A stretch of 60,699 bases of DNA, filler included, from Bipalium vagum (GCA_037834085.1; 2 parts of 2 records of this genome joined end to end with filler, not necessarily neighbours in it), one strand, 5' to 3'; positions 24,812 through 37,704 are shown, numbered from the whole stretch's first letter. The notes: generated from the sequence alone by a model not told the origin. Numbers and translations: made by a program.

Positions 24812-27000
24812 TCATCGCAGGAAGCGTTCGCCCGTTGGGGATATCAGAGATTGAATGACAGTTGATTTTTTGGTCCTCGGCAATTGAGTAGTCGTAGAGT
24901 TGATTGTGCTTAGTTTGACGGCTTCAGCAATGAGATTGCTCTGTTTGCTGTTTAACCATTTGGATCCATAGGAGCTCTGGAAATGGAGGACCCGCGAGTT
25001 TTTTTGCGGTCTTGTGGAGAGCAGATTGAAGGTGTCTCTAGTGTCAGATGTAATGCGGAGTTGGAATTCTCCTTTCACGTGTTTAAAAGAAGCAGGGATG
25101 TTATGGGCTTTTCTGAAGTGTGAAATGGCTTGTGGGATCATACCCACCATGATTTATTTGTTTTATTATTTTTAAAAGTCTGATCGCCATTGATTCATTC
25201 CAGACAATCCGAAATATCCTTGGACTTGGATTTCAGCCTTGTTGAAGCAACCAAACAAAGCGAATCAGAGATGATTTTATTAGTGAAATGGCAAGGAGTC
25301 GTGAGAAGACGGAAACCTTGGACAAGAGACTGGATGGAATATTCATCGTGTAGTTCTGTTAATCCAGCTCCACCGTCTTCAACAGATGAATATAAATAAT
25401 TTGTTTCGGCGTATTTTGGAAGATTAAGTATTTTTTTAATATATGCTCCGATCTTAAAGCTCTTATTCTCATTTTCAGCAGACTTATCGGATGACCGTTC
25501 AAGAGAACTGATTTTAACTTCTCTTGTTCTAAAGGGGAACATAAGGTGAGAGTGTAGGAAGACTTTATATGAGTTAAGTTTTTGCCACCCGTGTAATTCG
25601 GAATTTGCAATTTTACCAAGATCAATAAGAAATTTGTTCAAGGTCTCATATGGTGACTGATCGATGTCAACCCCGACCGGAACGCCCAAATATTGGTAAA
25701 AGTCATTTTCAGATAATTTTTTGATGAAAACAATATAGATGGAGATGACACTACTCATCCCATTATTCGGTAAATTGAGAAATGCACATTTCTCGGGCGG
25801 TAGTGCATCCCTAACCACTTAGTGGTGGAAACGGAAGTGTCGATGAGAGTTTGAAGATCAGATGAGTTCCGAGCAATGATGACAATTTCATCAGCGTAAG
25901 CCAATACTCTAACTGGTGAATTACATGAATCATAAACGACAGAACAGGAGCAGAAGAGATCGATTCAATGACTGGATTTATAGCTATTGCAAAGAGCAAC
26001 AATAAATTGGACATTCTTGCCTAAAACCTCGCCGGATTGGAAGCTTCGGAGTTAGCAAGAGACCACACGTATAAATCGAGCTGATTTTGTTGTAGAACAG
26101 CTCAAGCACCTTCACAAAGCCGTCAACACCATTATGTCGCAAAATCGACCACAGATATTGATGTGGGACACTTCCAAACGCATCCTGGATACCCAGACAT
26201 GCCACCGAAATTGGACAGTCAGTCTAGTATTTGGAGTGTTCTAGAGCTGCATACTGAACTGCATTATGATCGACACATCCTTCATACTCACTACAGCCCT
26301 TCTGAGCCGAATGCAACAAATTGTTCTGTAGAGTCCAACTGCTGAGCCGACGACAAAGGATAGCTGCAAAGATCTTGTATGCAGTGGAAAACAAGGCAAT
26401 GGGTCTCCAATTTGAGACGAGATGGTATTGGCCATGTTTTCCAGGCTTTGGAAAATGAGGTCCAATGAGGTCCAAGCAGATGGCAGTTTTCCACTTTCTA
26501 TTATTATATATGGTAGGAAAGAATATGACCATCAGGATCAATATTCTTCAAATTATTATAGGTGATTGCAGTTCTGTAACAACCTCATCTGCAGAAATTT
26601 TTTCAAAAGTCAAGGAAGATGAAGACGAGTTACAAAAGAGACCAAACCACCAAGTCTGATTGACCTGAACAGAGTGTGTGAAATTGTCAATAATGTTTTC
26701 TAAGGATGGTCTGGAAGCAACATCGTCATCATTCAGAATTTTATTAACGGTCTTCTTCATATCTTTGTTGAAATTGGTTCTCATCATGTTTCCGTTGGTC
26801 TTATTAGCAAAAAGCTTTGAACCCAGATATGGTTTACGAGTGTTACTTTCAGGTAATAGTGGAAAGTAACTCTGAATCAGGTCAAAAATTTCATCGATGC
26901 CAAAGTCAAAGTCGATAATTTTGGATAAGATTTCTTTGACTCTTTCACGTTTTCTTGCCAAGGTTAACCTTTTCGGAAGCAACAGAAGGAACAGGTTCAA
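24812..27000 (-). pseudogene. Reverse transcriptase (NeSL/Utopia-like), frameshifted
   Basis: SNWRPIALFSTAYKIF, AQKGCSEYEGCVDHN, IQDAFGSVPH, RGFRQECP, LAYADE (~25885-25905), YQYLGVPVG, LHGWQKL, YLYSSVEDGGAGLTEL. Confidence 0.92.
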
Positions 27001-28156
27001 TATCAGCAGAACAATTCGAAAGAGTTATGAAAGAGAAAGAGAGTTATTTCTTACCCTGTGAATAATTTTCTATTATCCTACAAAGAATGATGTTCGAGTA
27101 TAAACCAGAGCCACGATCTTCATGAAGAGGGAAATCACTCAGCTCAAACTTTTCCCTATTGCCTCGAAGCTCGAAGAAAAAGTCTTTCAAATTGTCAGCT
27201 AAAGAACAGGCAGTACTGGAGTTGACAGAACCAGTTGGATTAGTTATAAAGCAACTCTCTTTTGTGAAGTCGAGGATAAGCATAAGTTGGTGAGAGTGCG
27301 GAGGTCAAAATAAAATGAAAAGTACTGAGGCATTTGTAATGCTACTCAGATCAATAAAGGACATGATATAATCAGTGCAACCGTCCAGAATAGCTGTGGA
27401 CGCAGTGCTGTCAAAAAGTATATACCTGTCACCAAGTTTGAGGTGTTCGAAAAAGACTTTGATAGAGCTATTGCATAAAAGAAAATTGGTGTTTCTCGTT
27501 TTCGTCACAGAGGGCGAAACGAAATATGATGACTACTTTATTATTATCTTTTTTATTATTAGCCATGATGTTTGTATCTTTATTATGATTATTAATATAA
27601 TTATTTTTATTTTTATTAAAATTATTAAAATTATTATGATTATTTTTGCTTTCATAATAATTCAAGAAGTGATCATTATCTACGACTGTGTTCTGGTACC
27701 TACACAAGCATTGTGATACGCTATGGCCAAAACGTCCGACTACACGGAATATTTGCAGATGATATTCGTGACAATTTCGAATTTGTTAAAGTCGTTTATC
27801 GATTCATTTGAACTAGCTTCAAAAAGAACACGATAAAATGGCTTAAACAAAATCTTTGGAGTGAAATTCTAATTCCAAAATGAAGCAAATCTTATGCCCA
27901 AGGCAGCCATCCTTTCCGACAAAAATTGGTTATACGTGTTAAAGATATAATACTTTTTGCTTAAGAGAGAAACGTGGAGAATGTGCCAAAGATTATCTAG
28001 GAGGAAAAAGTAAATTACGTCGTGAAGGTCTTTTGTGACACAAGCATTGTATACTCAGATCACATTCAGCGTCAATAATCGGAGGCAACAAAACAGTAAC
28101 AGTGGAAGATGAGTTCATGAACTAGGGAATTTCATTATTCAGTGAACAGATATTTC

Positions 28157-28700
28157 CTAAACCTTCAAGATTTGAAAAGTTTTTATTTTGAAGGTTGAAT
28201 AAAGATACTTTGCTCCTGATGTAGCGAACCAATTCATCTTTGTTGAAAAAAAGGTGTTTTCTGTGCCTAAAAAACAAATGAAAGTACTATAACCACAAAC
28301 CAGAGGCCCGCAATCATAGACATTTGTTTGCAGGGGAAGATTTTCGTGAGGATTGTCTATCAGTTGGACATCAAGGTCGAAAAGAGAATTCAGGTTTCTA
28401 TGAAAATTTTTGACGAGAGGCATACAAATGTGAGGCATATAAACGTGCAAAAGAGGATCAATGAAGTATGAGCACATTAACAGCTTGCAGTGTACAAAGA
28501 AAACCCAGTGTTTATTCATTAATCTCAGTGGACAGAACAGAGTAGATGCGGTATATGCACCTTTCTGGATAGTCGGGATATTGTTTTGGTTCTACTGGGC
28601 AATTAGAAGAACAAAGATAGGGTTCATGTTGAAATGACCTTCAATCAGTTGTGAGGAGACAAAATAGTCGATATCTGCGTCGGTGAAAAAACTTTTATCG
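28157..28700 (-). pseudogene. Ulp1/C48-like SUMO protease domain of the retroelement
   Basis: FCPLRLMNKHWVFFV...YFIDPL...LQTNVYDCGPLVC (HW, D, QxNxxDCG). Confidence 0.85.
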
Positions 28701-28971
28701 TCGACCGGAATGGAGGCAGAGTTGAGTGTACACCTGTCAAGTTAACAGGAATATTTTCAGCAGAGACAGGTGTGGGCACATCATGTCAGAATTTCCTCGA
28801 AGCATACTGATTGACATTTCTAGTATGCCTAGAAACTGGAGTATATAGCGTGGCAACAGTAGGCTTAGAAGTTATTTCATTTGATTCAGATTCGAAGTTG
28901 ATATTCGATATGACCATTGATGGAGGAAATACAAGAAGAACAGAAAGATTCAGACAGATTTGCGATAGGAA

Positions 28972-29042
28972 TTTCATAATGATTTTTCATTTTTTTTACT
29001 AAAAGATTTATCACAAATTTCACAATACCATTTTTCAACCAT
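28972..29042 (-). pseudogene. N-terminal part of a small C2H2 zinc-finger gene
   Basis: AAAAAATG start, MVEKWYCEICDKSFSKKN, then (1-nt shift in an A-run) KNHYE. Confidence 0.6.
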
Positions 29043-29209
29043 TTTTTAGGAAATATAATTTAAAAAATTATTAAAAATTAATTATTGAGTTTTATTAAAA
29101 AATTTTATTAATTTTCCTTGATAAAATTTTAATATTTCTACCCTTAGATTTTCATTTATTTTAGAGTAATTAAAGATAATATTATTATTTAGATTTTCAT
29201 GTTGTGTTT

Positions 29210-29398
29210 TTAATTATTTTTATATGGTTCAAATGTGCAATTATCTATTAACCATAATAAATCTTTAGAATAAGATTTTATATCTTTTTCTTCTAAATTA
29301 AAAGTTTTTGCTCGTAAATATATTTCATAATATTTATTTTGTATTTTATTTAATTCTAGATTGGATAGATTATTTAAATCCTTTCTTTTGGTTTTCAT
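29210..29398 (-). CDS. Small Polinton-type hypothetical ORF (62 aa)
   Basis: A-run ATG start, same strand and composition as the viral block left of the retroelement. Confidence 0.35.
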   Translation of the reverse strand: MKTKRKDLNNLSNLELNKIQNKYYEIYLRAKTFNLEEKDIKSYSKDLLWLIDNCTFEPYKNN

Positions 29399-29445
29399 TT
29401 TTTAAGAAAAAAATTGGTTTTTTTAAGTTTTAAATTTTTCGATTA

Positions 29446-29553
29446 CAGTCAACCCTGTTCAATATGAACCCTGTTTAATATGAACAGAATTTAATATGAA
29501 CATTTCAGTCAAAAATTGTTGAAAACCATATTGTTTTCATGGAAAAATACGTT
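29446..29553. mobile_element. pogo/Tigger-like transposon end truncated by gap
   Basis: TA followed by CAGTCAACCCTGTT, with three subterminal AATATGAAC repeats. Confidence 0.6.
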
Positions 29554-29653
29554 NNNNNNNNNNNNNNNNNNNNNNNNNNNNNNNNNNNNNNNNNNNNTTA
29601 ATTAATTAANNNNNNNNNNNNNNNNNNNNNNNNNNNNNNNNNNNNNNNNNNNN
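29554..29653. other. Assembly gap with artificial linker (44 N + TTAATTAATTAA + 44 N)
   Basis: Exactly 100 bp and symmetric, with a central six-frame stop palindrome. Confidence 0.92.
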
Positions 29654-29899
29654 ATCAACATTATTATTATGATTATTATTATTATGTGTTTATAATTGGG
29701 AGAAATATGTTTTAAATAAATATAACTAACTTCCATCACCTTTATAATATTTATTAAAATGTTTTCATTTTTTTGCAAATCTGAAAAATTAAGATTTTCG
29801 TTTATTTGGCTAATAAAACAAAGCGAAATCTGGAACTGTAAAATTAAATTGATAATATCACTGTTAGATTAAGAGGTATAATAATATTATTATTATTTC

Positions 29900-30290
29900 T
29901 AAGTCAAATTCAAAAACAGAATCAAATGCTGTGGCAGGGGATGGCAGAATTATGATTTGAAGAATGGGGCCAAATGCCTATGTTCTCCAGAATATCCGTA
30001 TTACGGAGATTGGATTACTAATTTCATTCCATCATAAAATGTCTAATTAATTTCAGTTGGAATGTATCCCATTTTAGATTTACTCTTTAAAATTGGCCTG
30101 ACTTTGCTCCATAGATGCATTACATATGTGGAGAATTTTAAAAGTTTGAGCTCTTGGTCCGTTTTATTGATTTATTAAATTAAAAAAGCATGCCTTTGGA
30201 AAAATGAAAAGTTTATCAAATTTTGTTTTAATATTCCAATAATTATTAAGAAATTATTTTTCAATCAATGAAACCTACAAAGATAAACGG
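29900..30290 (+). pseudogene. Highly decayed Tc1 transposase remnant
   Basis: AGDGRIMI* (cf. GGGSIMIW) and NWPD...HMWRILK. Confidence 0.4.
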
Positions 30291-31362
30291 CAGAAGAGAA
30301 GGATTATTTTATTAAATTTTTTAGCGATTTCGTTTTATATTTATTTTTTTAATCCATATTCTGAGGAAAATTTGATACTTAATTTTTTCCGAACAAAAGA
30401 AATAAATGGCAATGGCCATTTATTCTTATTTATCTCATTCAATGTGTACAATTTCTCATAATATCTTCAAGAGTTATGATATTAAATAAGTGATGTGATT
30501 ATTATTCTTTTTTTATTCTTATTATTCCATTTAGTTTTTTTCCTATAAAAGGTGAATAAGAAAAATATTTAAAAGTAAAAATTTTTTATTATTGAGAATG
30601 ATTTTTTCGTGAACATAAAAATAATTTCTACGAGTAACTGGATCGAAATGATATATAAAGTACAATCTTTTCTTGCCAAATAAGAATTCTAAAAATGACT
30701 CTAATAGTTTATTAATTATTTAATTATAATTATTAATTATATATCTGACTCTTTGAAAATGGATAATATCTAAAACAAATAAAGTTACATAAAGTGCGTC
30801 TAAAAATACCGGACACCTTATTTTCCTTATTCTGGCTTTGAATGTAATTTTCTTTAAATATATTAATTTTAAGCAAGACTAATGTACTTCTCAAAAGTAA
30901 TCTTAGAAAAAATCACATGGAAAGTACAATCAAACTATTTCTACATTCAGTTCACAGAACACTAATCTATCATTTTAATGGTTTATGAAACATTTCTGAT
31001 CTGATATAGGCTCAACAGTTTTAAGGTCAATATCTGAAATTGATTAGGATTTTAACAAAAAAAGAATATTAGCTACTTGGAATCTACTAATTTATTAACA
31101 TATTAATTCAACCTATGATATCACTTAAATTTTTAATATTAGTTTGATCCTGTTTTATTTAGGTTGTACGTTTTTTATAAATTCAAGACAACTCATCTTC
31201 ACAATGAAATGAATAATATGAATCGAAAGATTAATATTAATATTATATTTAGTACTGGTAATATGATAATAATAATAACATCATTAATAATAATAAATTA
31301 ATAATAATAATAAATTAATAATAATAAAAATAAATAATACTAATAAAAAACAATTAATAATA

Positions 31363-31577
31363 NNNNNNNNNNNNNNNNNNNNNNNNNNNNNNNNNNNNNN
31401 NNNNNNNNNNNNNNNNNNNNNNNNNNNNNNNNNNNNNNNNNNNNNNNNNNNNNNNNNNNNNNNNNNNNNNNNNNNNNNNNNNNNNNNNNNNNNNNNNNNN
31501 NNNNNNNNNNNNNNNNNNNNNNNNNNNNNNNNNNNNNNNNNNNNNNNNNNNNNNNNNNNNNNNNNNNNNNNNNNNNN
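31363..31577. other. Assembly gap (215 N)
   Basis: N run. Confidence 0.99.
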
Positions 31578-32107
31578 TTTGATAATTGTGTAGAAAACAT
31601 TTGGGCTGCCTATCACTAATAGTCGGAAAAGGTTGGAAAGGTGAATGTTGAATAAAAGTAAAATAAAAGTAGACAAATTACGTAAGAGCAATTTCAATTC
31701 AGAAGTCAAATCAAAAAATTTATAAAAGAAAACCAAAAAGTCAATGGGAAATTTATAAGAACACAATAATTATCTGACATGAAATAATTGCATTAAAATT
31801 CCTCTTTGAAAGTTTCCATATTAATAAATAAATCGATGGTGTAAGATGCCTAATGCATTTATTTGATGAAAATAAAATTAAATCTAATTATCTTTCATTA
31901 TGATTTTCTCTGAATTTCGAGACGTAATATCTGGAAGCATTTGCTTAAGAAGTTTGCTGAAGCCAAATGGTAAATAAATCGACTTACTTTGTAGATCTGT
32001 ATTATTTTATGTGAAATATTTTATATTTTTAAAGAAAATTTTTAATGTTAATTAAATTTTTCAGATAAGTTACGATTTTTTTTATTTAAAAAAAAATGAT
32101 AAAAAAA

Positions 32108-32365
32108 TATTATGTAAAAAGTAATGTCGGTGTTTTTAATAATATGTTTAGTTGAATATTAATCGACACATGATTTGAGTTAATGAAACAAGTTTTATGT
32201 ATTTAATTGAAATACAATTAAAATTATTAGTGCAGTTTGTTTTATCACTCTAAATTGATTATTTACTATTATACGAAAATTTGAATTGACCATGACTTCT
32301 GAAAAAATTAGGATATGTATATTTTATGAGTTCAAGTTGAACCATTACGCAGCCAAGGGAAGCAT
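32108..32365 (+). mobile_element. mariner 5' remnant
   Basis: TIR-like TATTATG.AAAAAGTAATGTCGGT, then MTSEKIRICIFYEFKLNHYAA. Confidence 0.55.
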
Positions 32366-32433
32366 GATATATTAAATATTTTATAATTAATATAAACATA
32401 ATTTCAAGTTTATTATTGAACTTTAATTATTTG

Positions 32434-33653
32434 CGAGGGTCAGTCAAAAAGTAACTTTAAAGCACATTTATTTTATTTAAAAAATTAATTCACATTTGAT
32501 TGTTAATGTCACTCGACATAGTCCTCTCCAAGTTCAATGCACATACGCCACTCCTTAATTAGAGCCACATCTGAATCGAACTTTTTTCCTCCTTGTGCCT
32601 CTGTAATTGGTTCAAATAGATAGAAATCACAAGGGACGAGATCGGGAGAATAATCCGGATGTGGCAAACATTTAATTTTCAGTCCTTTAATTTTATTGAC
32701 TGTAGCTTGGGCAGCATGTGGTGGTGCATTATCGTACTGCAATAGGATAGCACGACTAAGCAGTCACGTCGCTTTGTACGGATAGCAGGTCTTATATGAT
32801 TTTGAATTAGTTCACAATGCGTTGCACCTGTCACAGTACATCCTTTTGGTAAGTAATGGTCAAGAATTGGGCCTTTGTTATCCAAAAAGAGAGTAACCAT
32901 CAGTTTACCAACTGATGGTGTAACACAAAACTTCTTTGGCGGTGGAGAAGAAGAATATATCCACTGTTTTCTTACTCTTTTTGACTCGGGTTGGAAATAA
33001 TGAACCAAATATTCATCGCCAGTGAAGATGATATCAAGAAAATCATCACCTTCTGTTTCATAACAATGAAGGAGCATTTGACAGATGTCAACCCAGTGTA
33101 CTTTCATCTCGTGGCTAAGCTGTCTTGGAACTCACCTGGCAGACAATTTTCGATATTTTCACACATCGTGGATGATATAATGGACTTAGCATCATTTTAG
33201 AGGCTACTTCATCAATTGCTATCCACCTGTTTTCATATAAGATGTGATCAATTTCGGAAATTTTCTTTGGTGTTTCAGCTGAATTGGGTCTCCCAGATCT
33301 GGGTGCATTGCTCAGATTTGTTAATACACTTTTGAACTTTCTATGCCATCCATATACCTGTTGAAGTGATAAACAAGCATTCCCAGACATTGATAACATT
33401 CTGCGTTGAATATTATCAGGAATTTCGCTTTCACTGTCTAAAAATGGAATTATTTTACGCACCTCTTCATTCATTTAGAGATACCACTATCATTTTAATG
33501 CGATTATTAAAACAAATGCGAATATTAATCATGGGTATGAGTTTTTTATTTATTGTTAATGCGTTTACTTATAAAATAAAAGGTATATGAAATCTTTACA
33601 AAATTTGTTATATTTTTTACAGGTAATTTAAAGTTATTTTTGACTGTCCCTAG
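32434..33653 (-). mobile_element. Full-length decayed mariner element (irritans-like TIRs)
   Basis: TIRs CGAGGGTCAGTCAAAAAGTAACTTTAAA and TTTAAAGTTATTTTTGACTGTCCCTAG+TA. ORF pieces PRSGRP, IFTGDEY, YDNAPPH, HPDYSPDLVPCDFYLF, GEDYVE. Confidence 0.93.
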
Positions 33654-34399
33654 TAGTTTAAGTGGAAATGTATCTTTTGGAATGACTGCTCTTTTATCTC
33701 TTCATCATAAATGAATGTACATCAATAATTTATTCCACTTTAAATTATGAAAGATTTTTAAGGATAATTTTTATTTTTAGCTTATACGGGAAGCAGTGAA
33801 TGGTTTTTTTCTATTTTCCTTCAGAAAAGGAACAGATATCACAACCCTAATAGAATGAGATTAAATCCACACGAAATAAACAAGTAAATAGTGTATTTCA
33901 TGATGGACTAGTTCAATATTCTCCCATAAGAGAAAAACCAAAATTTTAATAGAGACATTCTCACATTATTTTGTCATCTCCAAAGAAATTTATTAAAGTC
34001 TATTTAGAAACTATGAAACAGAAGTAATAATAGATAATGAATGGGATATCCTATAGAGAATCCCCAGACAATAGTAAAAACAAATTTATAATGAAAATGA
34101 TAATAAAGACAATAGCTTTCAAGAGTGATAATCAGTAAAAAGTACCAATGAACTTGAGAGCTTACTTCTCTGGTGCCCGAACCATAAACTAAGTAAATTT
34201 AATGTAGCCAGGTATATTTATGTGAATTATTATTTATTAAGTAAACTTCTCTTTGGTTTTATTTGGGTTTTCAGCTCAGTAAAATTTTGGTTTATAACAG
34301 TCTCTAAGGGTAAATGAATAAATTGAAATAGGTCATTTTTATATTTAGCAACAATAATAAAAAAAATTATTATTATTGGTTTCCTGTGATTTTTTAATA

Positions 34400-34619
34400 C
34401 AGGGTGTTTCATAAGTAACTGACTATTTTATTTTTTAAATATATAAACTAAGACAGATTTTTTCTAAAAAATTTATTTAGACATAAAATTTACGCATGGA
34501 AAATAATATTTTCTAAATGGCCTCCTCTAGACGCCTTACATTCACTTGCTCTTTTGATGGTTTAAATTTAATAATAAATCATTCATTTAAAAAATGTCAG
34601 TTACTTATGAAACACCCTA
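34400..34619 (-). mobile_element. 220-bp Tc1/mariner-superfamily MITE (internal deletion derivative)
   Basis: TIR CAGGGTGTTTCATAAGTAACTGAC at both ends with TA flanks. Retains a transposase C-terminus KRASECKASRGGHLENI. Confidence 0.9.
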
Positions 34620-36253
34620 TATTTATTTAAAAAATTTACGTAGAACATATCTTTACAATAATAACAACCTGTCCTTCTTCATTCACCATATTAACGCAAA
34701 TTTAAACTTCGGTTAAAATAAAACAAAAGTAAATGTCTGCTTTGGTGATTTTATCTACCTGGAATTGTGATTCTAAAATCCTTAAATATTAAAGAAAATC
34801 CATCGACAAAAAATTATTGATATTATAGAGCAAAAATGAAAATTCAAATTAACGCGATTAATAAATAATTAAAATAATTTGATAAAACAAACTATAATAT
34901 TAATTAAAATAGTAAAATCAAGAAATTATTATAATATTATTATTAAATTATAAATATATTAACAATATATATTATAAATATATCATCAACACTGTTTTCA
35001 ATCCCAGTTTTAAATAATTAACCAAAAATGATTTATTTAACTATAAAATTATTATAAAAACATTATTTACTAGTTACCACAGAATGTTCAATAAAACAGG
35101 AGATATATCCGTAATGAAATGAAAAATATTTTCCCTTAATGATTGGGAATATTATATATATATATATATATTATTGATAATTTTGTTTTAATCAGCGAAA
35201 TTCATTTTAAATTTTCAATTACTCAAACCCTCATAAGGTTAAGTGTTTACTTCAACATCAGCTGTTTTCTATTAAATAGTATTTTTCTTCTGGTTTTACT
35301 TATCGACTTCGACCCATAATAGAATACGGAGATCATTTGAATTTAACGCACTCATTTAACATAGAATATTTTGTTTTAATTTTTACACAATCTTGAAAAA
35401 TTTTTCCGTTGCAATAAAATTTGTATAAATATTCTGTCAATTTCCAACAATAAAAAACTAATAATATTTTAATCTTTTTTTATTGTAATTTTTAAAAAAA
35501 ATCTTCTCGATTAGAAATAATTTGTTTATGTAACATAAAACTCATTATTTATAACATAAACTGACAAATTTATTATTTATAAATGGATTTATAAAAAATA
35601 ATATTAAATTGTGGTAGTCACATTTTTTATCATAAAATCAAATCGATTTCAAATGTTTTAGTGTTAAATAATATTTTTTGTAAATAATTACCGTAATATT
35701 ATTATTTTCAAATATTGATAATATTAAATATTAATATTATATAAAAATTATTATATATAATTACAAAAATATTTTTAAATAAAACATGCTCAATGAGTGA
35801 AGCTCATCGGAAATAAGTATATATATATTAAATAAGTATACATAAGAACAAGTTGCCAAATTTGCTGTGGTAAAATATTCTCCGGATCATTTCCCTATTC
35901 CCTGATTAAGATTTGGGGGGAAATATTTTTCATCCAACTCTGATTATATGACAAATGTGAAATGCTTCAGTGACCAAAACAATTTTCAAATAACAAAACA
36001 AAAAATTTTTTTTCTTTACTGATTTTACTTATAAAAATCCCACGGAATCAATTTTCAATTGTTAAAAATTAAAACAAAAATTCCCCTATTATCTTCTGTC
36101 TCAGACTTTGGAGAAGCAGTGGAAAAATTTTCAGATGTCATTGACAAAAAATATTACAATAAAATCTCAAATAAAAGAAAAATATTTTTTTTATCCCATT
36201 GATAAATACTATAAAAATTGCTTTTAATTGTCTGAATTTATTTCGGGAAAATA

Positions 36254-36284
<31 letters not shown>

Positions 36285-36728
36285 TCATATTATTCTTTTC
36301 ATATTTACCAATTGCTCCGTCTGATTGTCCAGCATGGGCTCCCTCCATTTCGATTTGATCAGCACATCGGCGGCGTACTGTTCTTTGATGGTATCAATCT
36401 CTCCGATTTTCAGGAAAACCACACAAACGTACACTTGATGCTGAAAACGGAATCAATGAAAAATCAATCTGAAAATGGTAAAATTTTCTTTTTTCAGAAA
36501 ATTATTTATTTTTCTCCCAAACCATTTACATATTTGTCACAGGAATCTCGGTGGATAGTTTGGGAACAATTGAAATTTCGATCAATTAATTGTTGATATT
36601 TTTTAATTGTTTACTTAAAAAATTTATTTGAAAACAATTTGTAATTAAAGAAAAAAATTTTTTTGTGATATGCCATCGATAAATGTTAGGAAATATTAAA
36701 AATATAAAAAGATGAAAAAAATTTTTTG

Positions 36729-36950
36729 TATTATGTTGTTCAAAAAATAATGTCGGTTTTCATGATTTTTATTTAACATTAATATAATATTTTTTCTTTT
36801 CTTTTACTACTCAAATTACATCATTTTAAAGCGCAGATTTCAATCTACATTCTGGTAATATTAATTTTTTATATAAAGTTAAAATAATATATTTATTTAA
36901 CATAGAACGTAAAATGGAAAAGAAACAATTACGACCAATTTTTTATATTA
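36729..36950 (+). mobile_element. mariner 5' remnant
   Basis: TATTATGTTGTTCAAAAAATAATGTCGGTTTT TIR-like sequence, then MEKKQLRPIF. Confidence 0.55.
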
Positions 36951-37059
36951 ATATAATTAGAAAAAAAACAAAAAAATTAATATAAAATTTATCAATCTAA
37001 AATAATCAATGGTTAATTTTTTTTCTTTTTTTAAACTTGGTAAAAAAATTTCTCAAAGA

Positions 37060-37704
37060 AAAATATATCAAACAAACACACCCCCTTCCAAATATTTGGA
37101 ATTTCTTACTAAGGGGCCGGTGAAATAACCTCGGGCTAAATTACTAATAAACGTGGTCAAGAACAGAGAAATGAAATGCCGCCATTTCAACAGCCACCCG
37201 GAAACCCAATTCCACGTGCTTAACAACGGCATGGGTTGACCGAACATCCCTGCTATCAAACGAAATCAAATCATTAATGACCTTGTCGACCACCTGAGAG
37301 GACTCTCCTTTGATGTCAGTACAGTCAGGACCCCACCTGATTGTGAGACGATTTTCTGCCCCGATCCAGTTATTACACTTCCAGAAAACACAAATTTTTA
37401 TCAATGATAAAAAGTTCCAATACTACGTCTCCAGGAACGTCACGAACAACAGAGAAAAAAGAAAATATACCGACACATTGCGGGAAAAATGAGCATGGTT
37501 ATTTTCCCCCTGATTTCATCAATATCGCATCCCGAGCTTATGGGACAAGACAATGAAATCTCTCTAAAGAAAATGGGCCTTATCAAACAACAGATTCATG
37601 AATTGGCTCAAATACTGGTAACCACGGCAGTAAAAGAATCCCATAACGCATTTCTCAACCATGTAAAAAAGTATAACCAGAGAGACAAAATGACCAGCGT
37701 GTAA
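37060..37704 (+). pseudogene. Unidentified decayed intronless ORF (~210 codons)
   Basis: GC-richer island; near-continuous frame TNTPPSKYLEFL...HVKKYNQRDKMTSV with few stops and shifts. No family recognised. Confidence 0.45.

Larger units (their letters stand above)
24758..28971 (-). mobile_element. NeSL/Utopia-like (R2 group) non-LTR retrotransposon with Ulp1 protease, decayed
   Basis: GC step relative to flanks; Ulp1 domain followed by RT on one strand. CCHC/RLE region largely missing. Confidence 0.85.
18315..29420. mobile_element. Decayed Polinton/Maverick (adintovirus-like) endogenous virus with nested retroelement
   Basis: Cluster of pPolB, ATPase, penton, adenain, pX-like and fibre-like relics. 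Genes are compact and intronless with A-run ATG starts. Boundaries are approximate; no major capsid or integrase gene seen. Confidence 0.85.

Noticed and set aside
25190-27716. Plus-strand ORFs overlapping the retroelement
   Set aside because: Antisense shadows of the minus-strand RT.
29446-29503. Three AATATGAAC repeats resembling a small array
   Set aside because: Spacers too short for CRISPR and the context is eukaryotic; explained as transposon subterminal repeats.
31284-31766. 160-aa and 86-aa ORFs
   Set aside because: Artefacts of translation through the N gap.
36228-36596. 122-aa ORF with poly-Ile
   Set aside because: Driven by an (ATT)n tract; the rest has no identifiable domain.
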